Source: Octopus vulgaris (Eukaryota). Taken from it: a stretch of 64,000 nucleotides of DNA. Below the pieces are notes generated by a model. It made no database searches. It was given only the letters and a program-made list of their open reading frames with translations, and was not told the DNA's origin. The translations under genes were made by a program, and so were the position numbers. The stretch spans positions 30,566,001 to 30,630,000 of the forward strand of contig OX597834.1 in the NCBI GenBank assembly GCA_951406725.2. Direction: 5' to 3'. This document shows positions 24,973 through 38,702 of this stretch, one piece after another. Positions within the stretch are counted from its first letter, which is position 1, and each line of letters begins with the position of its first letter.

Positions 24973-25386
24973 GGATCTTTTCGGTTTGAACGGCAGTTTT
25001 TTAAAATAATTTCCACGTAACTAAACACTTTTAAACTTCATATACTGGTAGAATGTGTTTATAAAACCTCTTTTTCTCTTGGATTTATTGAGAAAATTCT
25101 ATAGTTTGTAAGATATTTGTTGTTTTTCTTCTTCAATTTCTGCAATTTCAACCAATCAAATACGTCTATTGAGGTAAAAAAATCATTCTGTGCCGTATGA
25201 ATATGTCCCTTGTTTAAGAAACAGATTGGGTTTATTTACATTTCTGAAGAAAAAAGATACCCTTCCCTCCACCCCTAACCCTAAAACAGATTGAAATGCA
25301 ATAGATCGATACTAGGGTCATAATTATGGGCGACAATTTCATATGACACCGCTAGAAAAAAACTGCCGTTCAAACCGAAAAGATCC
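24973..25386. mobile_element. Non-autonomous DNA transposon (MITE), Merlin- or hAT-like
   Basis: Perfect ~30-bp TIRs ggatcttttcggtttgaacggcagtttttt / aaaaaactgccgttcaaaccgaaaagatcc; 8-bp near-TSD cagaaaaa/cagaaaag; internal ccctaaccctaa. Confidence 0.8.
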
Positions 25387-25765
25387 CAGAAAAGACTCAA
25401 GTCCAATGTTTAAACACATGTATCTATCCAGTTCTCCAGATGAGTCAAAGAGTGATGAACTTGTGTGGTACCTTTGGTTTCACATAAAGTAATTACCTGA
25501 GAGGATATACTATCAGCTTTGTTCAAACGACCTTAACATCAAACATAGGTACAAGGCCACAAATTCCAGAAGTTGCTTCAATCAATTCAGTCCCCCACCC
25601 CACCCCTAGTAGAGCACAGACAGAGCGGAAAGGCAAGGTGGACCTCAGTGAGATTTCAAATTAGAACATATAGAGACATGAACATCACATTTCGTATGAT
25701 GCTCTACTGATTCTGCCTACATCTCACACCGAAGACAGTGATTAATAATGAGAAATGATGTTTAC

Positions 25766-25849
25766 CTTTTCCTTCGGAATGTTCTGAAAGTTCCTGATGG
25801 GAGCTTGTATCATCATTGTCATCTTCACTTTCACTGTAGTAGACATCAG
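25766..25849 (-). CDS. CNKSR2: CNK exon (acidic YYSESEDD segment)
   Basis: ctctctttcag|CT GAT...AAA G|gtaaac; TDVYYSESEDDNDDTSSHQELSEHSEGK. An acidic (Y/W)SESE motif follows the PH domain in CNK proteins. Phases 1/1. Confidence 0.82.
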
Positions 25850-27393
25850 CTGAAAGAGAGTAAAAACCAGGTTTTACAAGTAAAAATTTTAGCAAATAAA
25901 TTTCCTTTAAGCAAAAAATTTATTCGAAATGTTAGCCACATGTTTTAACCCTTAAAAAGCAGGAAAAGGTTGCATAGATGTGTGTACCAAACAAGCAAAA
26001 AAAAAAAAATTATTTCTTTTTCTTAAGGGCAATTTTTAAAACTTATTTTCACTTTAATATTCAAAGTACAAAAACTGGAGTAATTGTTAATCTTGCACAA
26101 AATTTACAATCTCATTATTGAAAAATGCCATTCACTTTCCTATGATGCTGGCCTTGTCCGTATAAAATTTTTAAAACTTCAATTGATAATATCCTGTATT
26201 TAGGAATTGAAAGTGTGAGAGAGAAACACTGGCTAACATGAATGAGGTCTCTTAAAAAAACAGGCGGGAAAGAAATTATTCACTCATTATCTCCCTTGCG
26301 AAGCTGACTTTCCAACAAAGAAAATTTTGTCCGAGAAAATCTGATTGCGATATCGAAGACATATTAACCATTCAAAAACACACAAAGACTTCACATCAGT
26401 ATTATTTGGTGTCAGTCTGTGTGTGTTTTCAAATGGCTTATGTGTGTGTCTTCTGTGATGCAATCGTTTTATTTTCAACAAAACCAGATCTCAGATCAAA
26501 TCCCTTGCTTGGCAAACACACCTCCAAAAAAACTGTTATATTTTATTCCACACATCATCTTTTGGTGAATGTTTATCAACGATGCAGTTTCTATTTACTT
26601 GCTTGACCTATTAAAAACAGCAGCTAAATTTCCCTTAATTTATTTGTCACCAATTTTGAAACAAATGAACATACTCGAAAAACTAGTGCTAGATACACTA
26701 AATCTGAAAAAAAAGCAGCCAAATCTCCCTCACTGCAGATAAGGTAACCTCTCTTAGTGTCAGGGCCATTACAAAACACACTGAGTGCGCATTGTGTATA
26801 GAACATATAAAACAAACAAAAAATCCATCGTCTTCACCAACCGCCAAACCCAATTATACCAATTTCTGATTGAAGACACTGAAAATGGTAGCAGAAACTC
26901 AATGATCTCCTGTCAGAGTATTGCTGCTGTATACCTTCGTTTGCTCCAGTGGAATGTAAGTAAATGCAGGCATCTTAACACTGTTGTTGCAGCAGAAGAA
27001 AGGACTACAGGGTCCTGTTGAGGAAATGGATGTCTCTAGTGCTGGTGCCAGGATACAAACGGTAGATTCTGTAAAGTGGTTGGTGAATAAAGACATATTG
27101 GAGGACAATGTGGTCTAGCTGAGGACATGACAACCTCACTAATGTTGGTGTCACAACAAGATACATATAGTAGACTGTATGAAGTAGATCTGGTTTGGAA
27201 GGGCATCCAACCATAGAAACTATATGCCAAAGGAAGGACGTCATCTATATGGGCTGTAGCAGAGAGGCCCTAACACTGAAAAGAGCTGGCTTGAACAATG
27301 AAAATCCATTTGATCCATTGTAGGGTGGAAAAAATCGACATGGAATGAAGATGAAATCAATGACTCTGAAAGAGGACGTAAAGTTATACTTAC

Positions 27394-27506
27394 TTTGTAC
27401 AGCATGAGGGGTGTTGACTGGTTTGTCGGGTTTTATAAAACCTCCTGTTGTGCTAACATTCGACATATCATAGTTAATAGCAGCTAATCCCATCTTGTTC
27501 ATCCAC
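27394..27506 (-). CDS. CNKSR2: CNK exon (PH domain C-terminal helix)
   Basis: cttaatcctag|G TGG ATG...CAA A|gtaagt; WMNKMGLAAINYDMSNVSTTGGFIKPDKPVNTPHAVQ. Phases 2/1. Confidence 0.9.
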
Positions 27507-27761
27507 CTAGGATTAAGAGGAGAGACAGAGAGAATAATTAAAAATTTATAACAATGATATAACTAGGAGTGTGTTACTTAGAATCTACTTAGAATATTGC
27601 AGTGAGATATCCACAATAAACATACATACACAAGCACACACACACACATGCACACAAAAACATATACGATTGGTACACATATAACACAATAGACATGAAT
27701 ACACACACACAGAAACAAACAGCAGAGGACAGAAAAGAAAAAACAAAACGGAGTTCCTTAC

Positions 27762-27830
27762 TTGCTCATGTCATCTTGACGTTCAGAGGCAAAGTAGAAT
27801 GTGGTGCCAGCGTTGTGTACCTTGAAGGCA
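27762..27830 (-). CDS. CNKSR2: CNK exon (PH domain)
   Basis: ctactttcag|T GCC...AGC AA|gtaagg; FAFKVHNAGTTFYFASERQDDMSK, similar to CNKSR2 [26 protein letters not shown]. Phases 2/2. Confidence 0.92.
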
Positions 27831-28156
27831 CTGAAAGTAGAAACAGAAAAGGCATGAAAGGTCAGAAATAAAGGGGTCAGAAAAGGGAAAGAAAAGAAAG
27901 AAGGAACAAGGGGAACATAAAGATCTTTTCTTGGTAATAATAATGATAGTAGTAGTAGTCCTTTCTATTTATAGGCACAAAGTTTGAAATGACCCATGTA
28001 TTCAACAGGTACTTATTTTATCACCCTGAAAGGATGAAATGAAAAGTCGACATCAGTGGAATTTGAACCCAGAACAAGGAGAGATGAAATGCTGCTAAGC
28101 ATTTTGCCTGGTGTGCGAACAATTCTGCCAGCTCACTGCCTAACATAATAATAATA

Positions 28157-28600
28157 TATCCCAATCGATATAAATGTATCTGTGAAGACCTACCAAAAAC
28201 TGAGCAAATATAAAGACTTTGAAATAGAAATTAGCAAAATGTGGAACCTGAAGACTAAAACAATACCTGTTGTCATAGGTGCTCTGGGAATGATAGCAAA
28301 AGGGGCTGATTGCTACCTAGCTCAGATATCAGTAAACCTCAAAATGGCAAAAATTCAAACGATAGTGCTCATGGGAACTGCTCATATCTTATGCAAAATA
28401 CTTTCTATGTAATCTCAAGTTTTAAAACAAACACAATTTTGTTATGGTTTCTTAAACATTCTCTAGAACAATTCTATGTACAAAACCAAATATATGGCAC
28501 CGTAAGCATAACACCAACATGAACTTCTAACTTGTTGTCTCTTGAGGTCTCTGGGTGAGACTTGGAGCCAACTTGTATGAATACAAAGCAAAAGTCAAAC

Positions 28601-28640
<40 letters not shown>
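28157..28640 (+). mobile_element. R4/Dong-like (RLE-type) LINE 3' fragment with (TAA)n tail
   Basis: KLSKYKDFEIEISKMWNLKTKTIPVVIGALG is the restriction-like endonuclease end of R4-clade elements; followed by a 3' UTR and about 12 TAA units, and preceded by taataataat. Confidence 0.75.
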
Positions 28641-28643
<3 letters not shown>

Positions 28644-28699
28644 GACTTGTGAGAACAATACAAGAAAATTAACCAGATTCATGTAAAACATTACTTGAA

Positions 28700-28792
28700 A
28701 TGTAACATATATACATACATATACATAGATACATATATATACATACAAACATATATATATATATACATACAAACGTACATATACATACATAC

Positions 28793-28823
<31 letters not shown>

Positions 28824-28850
28824 CATACAAAAATATATATACATACATAC

Positions 28851-28882
<32 letters not shown>

Positions 28883-29048
28883 ATACAAAAATATATATAT
28901 ATACATACAAAAATATATATACATACATACAAAAATATATATACATATATATATATACATACAAACATATATATACATACATATATATATATATACATAC
29001 AAACATATATATACATACATATATATATATATACATACAAACATATAT

Positions 29049-29081
<33 letters not shown>

Positions 29082-29330
29082 CATACAAACATATATATAC
29101 ATATATATATACATACAAACATATATATACATACATATATACATACAAACATATATATACATACATATATAAATATATATATATATATATATACATACAA
29201 ACATATATATACATACATATATATATATATATATACATACAAACATATATATACATACATATATATATATATATATACATACAAACATATATACATACAT
29301 ATGTATGTATATATATACATACAAACATAT

Positions 29331-29361
<31 letters not shown>

Positions 29362-29502
29362 CATACAAACATATATACATACATATATATATATAAACAT
29401 ACAAACATATATACATATATATATACATACATATATATATATATACATACATACATATAGATACATAGATAGATAGATAGATACATACATACATACATAC
29501 AT
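28700..29502. repeat. (TA)n/TACA/CAAA compound minisatellite, ~800 bp
   Basis: Periodic acatacaaacatatatat units; source of the long spurious YIYI/CMYI ORFs. Confidence 0.95.
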
Positions 29503-29896
29503 AACGTGTTTATTCAAAAATACAGTGAAAGGGTCTGAAACAGTAGAAAGCCATCTAAAAAGACGATGACAACAACAACAACAGCAAAGGGACTTACCAT
29601 CAGGAAAAGGGAACAAGAACATAAGACAATTATTACAACACAAAGAAGTACAACATAGAGTACAGCATGAAGTACAGCATAAGGAAGCAGAAAAGACATT
29701 GTACATGCTACAGAAGGAAGCAGACAATATTCAGGTTATCAAACAAAAAATAAATCAGTTGTTCATTTTATATAGAGTATATATCAGATAATCAGCCTGG
29801 CTGTCGGATGTTGTTACACATCGCTGACCACCATGCGCTTTGCATTGTTTTTGCTTTTGAATGACACCACCCCACTGGCTAAGACAAGCAGGTCGA

Positions 29897-29942
<46 letters not shown>

Positions 29943-29948
29943 CTTTAA

Positions 29949-30352
29949 CTCTCTTTTACTTGTTTCAGTCATTTGACTGCGGCCATGCTGGAGCACCGCC
30001 TTTAGTCGAGCAAATCGACCCCGGGACTTATTCTTTTGTAAGCCCAGTACTTATTCTATCGGTCTCTTTTGCTGAACCGCTAAGTTACGAGGACATAAAC
30101 ACACCAGCATCGGTTGTCAAGCAATGCTAGGGGGACAAACACAGACACATAAACACATACACATACATACATACATATATACATATACGACAGGCTTCTC
30201 TCAGTTTCCGTCTACCAAATCCACTCACAAGGCTTTGGTCGGCCCAAGGCTATAGTAGAAGACACTTACCCAAGGTGCCACGCAGTGGGATTGAACCCGG
30301 AACCATGTGGCTGGTAAACAAGCTACTTACCACACAGCCACTCCTGCGCCTA
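29949..30352 (-). mobile_element. CORE-SINE family A, full length
   Basis: Family-A tail to head, flanked by (TA)n. Confidence 0.85.
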
Positions 30353-30394
30353 TATATATATGTTTAAAACATATATATATATGTTTAAAAAAAA

Positions 30395-30770
30395 AAGTGC
30401 TCAGGTGCAACACAACTTGTCAGAAAGTGCGTATAAAGCATATGCAGTAATGTACAAATGTCTGGAAAGCGAACAATGTATGAGTCAGATACATGCTTGT
30501 GTGTGTATGGAGGGGAAGAAAATCAGGTGTAGTGTTGGCGAATCTCAGGAAGCATGGAAGTTTTGAAGGATGCAATGCTCCGACAACTAACAACTGATGC
30601 CGGCAGTTTGTTCCATGCTTCAGCAACTCTCAGCCTGAAAAAATGTTTCCTAAAGTCATGGGAGCTGTGCTGTTTTCTGACTTTGTAAATATATCCACGG
30701 GTGTTAGACAGGTGGAGTTTGAAAAGGTGCTCAGAGTTATTGTTTGTAAGATGGTTGATAATTTATACAC
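30395..30770 (-). mobile_element. CR1-like LINE 3' fragment
   Basis: Reverse complement of 58838-59250; encodes LRVAEAWNKLPASVVSC. Confidence 0.75.
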
Positions 30771-31216
30771 CACACGGTAACAACCAGATATTTGAAGGAT
30801 GCCAACCCACAGGTTAGGCAGGGAAGTGGGCATTTTCCCTGAAAAGAAAGCCAGTCTGTGGCAGGGTCACCCATCTACAGCTGATTGGACTGGAATGATG
30901 TGGAATGAAGCGTTTTGCTCAAGAACACAACACATGGCCCAGTCTGGGAATTGAAACTACAATCTCATAATTGCGATTGCAATATCCTAGCAACTGGATC
31001 ACACACCATCACACAGAAGTGTGTGTGTGTTAATAAAACAATGGTTTTGTTGATGGTATTAATTGCTTGTAGCCCATCATTAAAGTACATCTAGGCTTCT
31101 GGATTATGCTTTGACATGTTTTGTGTGATCTTTGTGGCCAAAAGCCTCATTCATAAAATGACATTCGCTTCCAGTGCTCCATGCGAACAGGTCCAGAATG
31201 TTTGGTGTTTGTACAT

Positions 31217-31644
31217 TCTTTTACTTTTTACTTGTTTCAGTCATTTGACTGCAGTCATGCTGGAGCACCGCCTTTAGTCAAGCAAATCGACCCCAGGACT
31301 TATTCTTTGCAAGTTTAGTACTTATTTTATCAGTTCTTTTGCTGTCTTGCTAATTTACGAGGATGTAAACACACCAGCATCGGTTATCAAGCGATGTTGG
31401 GGGGACAAACACAGACACACAAACATATACACATACATACATACATATATATATATATATTATATATACACATATATATACGATGGGCTTCATTCAGTTT
31501 CCATCAACCAAATCCACTCACAAGGCTTTGGTTGGCCCGAGACTATAATAGAAGACACTTGCCCAGGGTGCCATGCAGTGGGACTGAACCCGGAACCATG
31601 TGGTTGGTAAGCAAGCTACTTACCACACAGCCACTCCTGTGCCT
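31217..31644 (-). mobile_element. CORE-SINE family A
   Basis: Family-A tail, internal (TA)n and head. Confidence 0.85.
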
Positions 31645-32407
31645 GTAAGATTATTAGAAACCACTTGGAAACAAATGGCAGTTGGCTACAAGAGCAACAG
31701 GAAGAGCACCCAGTTGTATGACGCACCGAAATAATACAAGTCTGACCAATGCTAGCATGGGAAAATGGACATTAACATAGTAAATGATGAGACAGACAGA
31801 CATACACACATACATACATATATACAGAGTAGAATTGTGTTAATGTCACATAAAAAGCACTTGGGTTGGTGTCATGTTAAAAGCCCCCAGTAAACTCTGT
31901 GAAATGGTTGGCATTAAGAAGGGCATCCACTTGTAGAAACCATGAGAGAACAAACAATGGAGCCTGTGCGGCCCCTTGACCTTATCAGTTCTGATCAGAC
32001 CATCCAACTCATGCCAGTATGGAAAACGGACGTATGTAGAGGACGTCGATGATTAGTTGTATCTGAAGAGGGTCAAGTGTGAGTGGTGGTGGTGGCGGTA
32101 ATGCTGACCACAACTGTAGCAGTGATGTTGGTCGTGATAGCAGATGGAATGGCAGAAGAAAAAAAAAAGGTGCCCCACGACACAACGAAATATGTTTCAA
32201 CACACAAGGTCACATCAAGAATCTTGCAAACCAAATACAACACACACACACACACACACAGATGGTGTAAAAGAAATTAAGAATTACCATTTTGTTCCTC
32301 ATACATTCAGCTATTTTATGAATGTATAAGCAAATAAGTCTCTGTGTAGCTGTGTGTATACACACACACAAACATACATAAATACACACATATAAAAACA
32401 CAGATAC

Positions 32408-32453
<46 letters not shown>

Positions 32454-32498
32454 TCAGCTGTTTGTTCTTCCTACTTGTGCAGAGTCGCTCAAACTTTT

Positions 32499-32756
32499 AT
32501 AAATGTGAAACAAGGTGAAAAAGAGTACTCAAATACCAGTGGTAGAGTAATATGCTTTATTTAAAGCAGCAGAAAATTCAACAAAAGCTGTTACTCTGAG
32601 TTTCCCGTTGCAGTTCATCGGACAGTTTTTGCTAGAAAACTGTCCGATGAATGGCAAATGGGAAACTCAGAGTAACAGGTTTGTTGAATTTTCTGCTGCT
32701 TTAAATAATACCACTGGTATTTGAGTACTCTTTTTTCCACCTTGTTTCACATTTAT
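32499..32756. mobile_element. Long palindrome, probably an inverted Penelope-like terminal repeat, with a hammerhead-like motif in each arm
   Basis: ~120-bp near-perfect inverted arms around a tgctag loop (~32632), between two (TA)n tracts; each arm reads ctgt-CCGATGA-stemII-GAAA-ctcagag-TA-acag. The palindrome is directly visible; Penelope origin is inference. Confidence 0.7.
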
Positions 32757-32767
32757 GTGTTTACTCC

Positions 32768-32807
<40 letters not shown>

Positions 32808-33224
32808 TACATATATATATATACATATATATATACATATATGTATGTATGTATACACACACACAAAACAATGTTTATTCAACATGTGTAAACAAACAAT
32901 TTGAGGTCAAACAAGAAATCTAGAAAACAAGTGAAATTTAAGTGACGATTGTCTCCCCTTGGTTTGGAGAGAAGGGGGCGAGAGGGAGCGCAGAGTAGTG
33001 TGGCAGCGGTGGTGGTGGTGGTGGTGGGGGGGGCAGTGAAGACACCAGATCCCTGAGTACTGTAAATGGTAGCATGCTTGCCTGACAAGCAACAGATTCA
33101 GGTTTCAATCTGGTTCGTTTGCACTCAGAACATATCAAAGAGCGTAACTAAATCCTGAAAGGTATTTAAGTCAGACACACCAGGAATTCTGCCATTTCAC
33201 CATTTCACCACCATAATCAATAGA

Positions 33225-33264
<40 letters not shown>

Positions 33265-33266
<2 letters not shown>

Positions 33267-34823
33267 CCTTTTTAATATAGGTACAAGGCCTGAAATTTTC
33301 GGGGTGGGGGATAGTTGATTACATTGATCCCAGTGCATAACTGGTACTTATTTTATTGATCCCGAAAAAAATGAAAGGCAGAGTCTACCCCAGAAAGGAT
33401 TTGAACTCGGAACATAGAGATGGATGAAATGCCACCAAGCATTTTGTCCATCGTGCTAACGATTCTGCCAGTTTACTCTCTTAATAACGACAATAATAAT
33501 AATTTCAAATTTTTCCTGCAATGGCAGCTTGGGGAAGTTGGGGATGAGTCGAATACATCGACCCCAGTCTTCAACTAGTATTTAAATTACAAACCCCGAA
33601 AATTTACAAACCCCGAAAGTTTACTAACTCCGAAAATTTACAAACCCCAAAAATTTACAAACCCCAAAAAGATGAAAAGCAAAGACGACCTCAGCAGAAT
33701 TAGAGCCAAGAACATAGCAATAGGCAAAATATTGCAAAGCAGTTCGTCCAGCAATGCTAACGATTTGGCCACTTTGTGCCACCTTAATGATAATAATGAC
33801 AACAATTGTTTCAAATTTTGCCACAAGGCCAACAATTTTGAGAAGAGGGGAAAGTCGCTTACACTGACCTCCAATACTCAACTGGTACTTATTGACCCCG
33901 AAAGGATGAAAGGCAAAAAGGCGGCGAGCTGGCAGAATCATTAGCATGCCGGGCGAAATGCTTAGCAGCATTTCGTCTGCCTTTACGTTCAGAGTTCAAA
34001 TTCCGCTGAGGTCGACTTTGCCTTTTATCCTTTCGGGGTCGATTAAATAAGTACCAGTTACGCACTGGGGTCAATGTAATCGACTTAATCCGTTTGTCTG
34101 TCCTTGTTTGTCCCCTCTAAGTTTAGCCCCTTGTGGGTAATAAAGAAATAAGGAGGAAAGGCAAAGTCAAGTTCCGTGGAATTTGAACTCAGAATGCAAA
34201 GCACCAGATAAAGTGCTTCTAAACATTTCCTCAGATTCTGCCAGCTGGATGCCCTTCTGCCAGTTGGATGCCCTTCTGCGAACCCTCACCTGTTTCCAAG
34301 CAAAGTAATAATATTCCTCCATTGTCAGACATTCAGAGAAGATTACAAATGAACAACATTGCTTGTATAACAGTGACACACGAACACACATATGAACTGA
34401 AAATGTAAAAAGTTGGAAGAATTCTGCTAAGCATTTTGGCAGAAGGTTTGCAGTTTTGAGGGGAGGTGGGGCTTAGCTGACACCGGTGTACCTAGTTCTA
34501 GACTGGTACTTTGTTTTATCGACCCTGTCAGGATTAGAGTCAAAGTCGACCTTGGCAGGATTTGAACTCAGAATATAAAGAGCAAAAACAAATACTTCAG
34601 GGCATTTTCTCCTGATGCTCCGAACAATTCTGCCAACCACCACCCATAATGATAATAACAATAAATGATAATGATAATAATGATGATAATGATAATAATG
34701 ATAATGATGATGATAATGATGATGATGATGATAATGATGATGATGATGATGATAATGATGATGATAATGATAATAATGATGATGGTGGTGGTGGTGGTGG
34801 TGATGATGATGCTGCTGCCGATG

Positions 34824-34863
<40 letters not shown>

Positions 34864-36390
34864 CATTATTATTATTGTTGTTAATGATTTCTTTTGTTCT
34901 TTATTTATTCATGAAGCCTGGAATATTTCAGATGAGGGTGGGTGGGCATACAAAGTTTATGAAACATAACAATGATGGGGAAGAGGAGGGAAGGGGAGAA
35001 TTATCATAATTTGTGTTGTTGTTATGGCGATACAATCTGAAACGAAAGCATGTTTGTATTTTAACAAAGTGAGTCAGTGGAAAGACACTCCCTTTTGGTT
35101 TGATGACGATAATACCAACAACAACAATAATTGTTTTGAATTTTGGCTCAAGGCCAGCAATTTTAAAGGGAGACGGATAGTTGAGTACATCGACCCACGG
35201 CTGGATTAAGGCCCATCAACGACCTAAGCCCTTAAAAACATTTCAGTGCTCCTCTATGTTTACGTAATCTAAAACACAAACAATAATAAGCCATAAATTA
35301 TTTTCGTTTTTCAAAACGAAGCAAAATAACATTAAGAAGGAAAATAATGTTTATTTTTGCAGAATTCCATTTTATTTATATTTGAAAAGTTTTCTCCTAC
35401 TTCTTTTTTTAATAGCAAAATCTTTGATAAAATCCTCAAAATTAATCTCACATAACAGATCTTCTATACTTAATAGAGATAAGCTATTCCAAATATTCTT
35501 TTAGCAAGTTCAAAATGATTTCTTTGGCACCAGAAACCATTTACCATATCTGTGGTTCCCCCATTTCCCTTCATGCCCTAAGCACATGCTTATTTTGCTT
35601 AATGGTTAATCCAGTGTTGCAATGGCCCCAGTTTTTGACTGGCACTTTATTTTATCAGCCCTGTGAAGGGATGAGAAGGAGAGTTGACTTCAGTGGTATT
35701 TGAACTCAGAAGACAAGCAACTGGAACAAATACTACAAAGCATTTCATTCTTATTTCTTTACTGCCCACAAGGGGCTACACACAGAGGGGACAAACAAGG
35801 ACAGACAAAACGAATTAAGTCGATTACATCGACCCCAGTGCATAACTGGTACTTAATTTATCGATCCCGAAAGGATGAAAGGCAAAGTCGACCTCTGCGG
35901 AATTTGAACTCAGAACGTAACGGCAGACGAAATACTGCTAAGCATTTTGCCTGGCGTGCTAACGATTCTGCCAGCTCACCGCCTTCATTCTGCCAACCTG
36001 CTACCTTGATAACAATATTAGTCCTTTCCATTTTTATCAACCCCAAAAGGACGAAAAACAGAAGTGGCCTTGGCAGAATTTGAACTCAGAATGTAAAGGG
36101 CAAGGGGAAATTGCACTAAGCATTTTGTCCAGCATGCTAACAATTCGACTGCCTTACACAACAACAACAACAACAATAATAATAATAATAATAATGATTT
36201 CAAATTTTGGCCAATAGGTCAACAGTTACGGGAAGGGGGTAAATTGATTTTATTTACCCCAGTGCTTAACCGGTACTTAATTTATCAACCCCAGAAGGAC
36301 AAAGGGTAAAGTTGACCTCAGCAGAATTTGAACTCAGAATGAAAAAACCCAAAAGAAATAATACTGCAAAGCATTTTGTCTGACACACTA
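33265..36390. mobile_element. Cluster of family-B SINEs with (TAA)n/(GAT)n tracts
   Basis: Multiple - copies plus an intact + copy at 33917-34150 (aaggcggcgagctggcagaatc...gggtaataaagaaata). Confidence 0.75.
34645..34862. repeat. (GAT/AAT/GGT)n compound microsatellite
   Basis: Directly visible trinucleotide runs. Confidence 0.95.
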
Positions 36391-36907
36391 ATGATTAAGC
36401 CAATTCATAATAATAATAATAAAACAGCATTCCAACACGACTATATAACACTTTGAAATACCTTTCAATAAATAAGAAAAGAAATGTAAAAATGAAAAGA
36501 TATTGAAATAAAACAAAAACCATTTACAAACAGCAAAGTGACAATAGCAAGAGGCACCAAGTAAGCCATCAAAACTAATTAAAGCAAGTGTGTATGTGGT
36601 GTCCGTGTGTGTGTGTGGTGTGTGTGCTATACATAGATTAAGTACAGGACCAGAGTAGCCTAGAACATTCCAAATAAGATTTATGAAAAGTGGGGAAGAA
36701 AAAAGGTTTCTATCCCTTATTGTACACATACATAACACTGGTACAGCCACACACCAAGATGGACTTATACACACAGACAATATATATGTACACATTAACC
36801 AAGTGATGCATTTTTTCTTAATTACCAATAAGAGAAAAATAAGTCAGAATGGGCCATGGGGGGAATATATTTGAACAACAGAGACAAATACAGGTCTATC
36901 AAATATC

Positions 36908-37132
36908 TGTTTCTTTATTACCCACAAAGGACTAAACATAGAGGGGACAAACAAGGACAGACAAAAGGATTAAGTCGATTACATCGACCCCAGTGCGTAA
37001 CTGGTACTTAATTTATCGACGCCGAAAGGATGAAAGCCAAAGTCGACCTCGACGGAATTTGAACTCAGAACGTAACGGCAGACGAAATACAGCTACGCCT
37101 TTCGCCCGGTGTGCTAATGTTTCTGCCAGCTT
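36908..37132 (-). mobile_element. SINE family B
   Basis: Near full-length match to the 56.5-kb unit plus head. Confidence 0.8.
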
Positions 37133-38272
37133 GTCGGTCTATCAAATATCATACAACATAAATCCTGGATTTGCTAAAATTTATCTCCAACTCCAGAGTA
37201 TCAGCTCCACATCTCAACCCATTTTTGCTTAAATTATGCAAATTACCAAAACCATATACATTAATGGCAGTGACTCAGCATGGCCACAGCTAAAGAGGTG
37301 AAACTGGAAAACATAAAATATGGATATAACTGTGTATGTGTGTGTGTGTCCATACTTAAAACTGTACCATTATGTAAATGAGTTATGCCCTCATTCTTGA
37401 TTAAGTTTTAATAATTAGTTCCTTGCCACAAACATTTAGCACCTAAAGAAGGAAAGATTAAGAAATCTTGAATTGGCGTTAGGAAGGGCATCCAGCCGTA
37501 GAAACACTGCCAGATCTGACTGGGCCTGATGCAGCCTTCTGGCTTCACAGACCCCAGTTGAACCGTCCAACCCATGCTAGCATGGAAAACGGACGCTAAA
37601 TGATGATGATGATGATGATGATGTTACATAACAGAAATGGCAAGTTTAATCCACACTCAAAACTGTTGAAACCAAGCCTTGTTTTTAATAAGAGATAAAA
37701 TATTCTTGGCTATAAACTTGTATATTTATTGAATTAGCATTTTTACCATGTGGAATTGGAATTACAGCTGGATCCAATCATAATCTAACTAGATTTCCTT
37801 TCAAGAGTTAAATACTCAAATAGAAAGACTCGAAACGTGGGTTTTGGACATTCGAGTAATCTAAGGCATGCAGAGTTATGTCCCTTCCCCAAGGACGTGA
37901 TTCATTGGCGTTCTAATGATTTTTGCGTAGACATGTAGCCAAATACTATGGAGCGGCCCTGGAAACTCGGAACATGTGGCGGCAGAGAAACAGAAAAACA
38001 TATAATCAGCCCAACACGAATAAAGGAAAATAAAAACACTAAAAACAACAGCAATAATATGTAACATTAATAGAGATTTATATGACATTGTCTAAAATAT
38101 ATAAAATATATATACACCATGTAGACACGTGACTGTGCTCATACTCACCCATGTTCACTAAATGAGTGCCAAAAATTTAGAAAAGTAAAGAAAAAAATAC
38201 AATAAAGTAATAAAGAAATTCCAGTGAAAATGTGTCAATATTGCAGAGTGAAACAAAATTTGTGAGAAAGAT

Positions 38273-38309
<37 letters not shown>

Positions 38310-38556
38310 TCATAATATATATGTGTGTATGTGTGTCTATATATATATATATATCATACAAACATAATTTACACCTAAGAAGAAAAATTAGCTAATTCTG
38401 TCATATGTTTCAATTGATTTACCAAGAGAATATCCATTTATAATTAAATAATTAATCAATACAATCTATTTAGCAAAACACCTTCATCAGGGAATTTAAG
38501 AGAAAGTTCCTAGTTACACCATTTAATATCTATATATCTATCTATCTATCTATCTA

Positions 38557-38601
<45 letters not shown>

Positions 38602-38702
38602 CAGGGTAAATACTTGATAACTGTAAGCACCTGCATATGCCAGCTAGTGGTGTAGGTGATAGGGTATATGTATCAAAAGAAAAACAGGATCCAAAGGATT
38701 TA

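Noticed and set aside
28527-29727. 233-352 aa ORFs on both strands
   Set aside because: Translations of (TA)/(TACA) microsatellite, which lacks stop codons; the same applies to ORFs at 43.2-44.0, 45.5-46.6 and 57.7-58.1 kb.
37876-38088. 70-aa ORF or extra CNK exon after a pyrimidine-rich acceptor at ~37958
   Set aside because: In the incoming phase it hits a stop after 4 codons, and exons 39753 and 27830 already join to give a complete PH domain.
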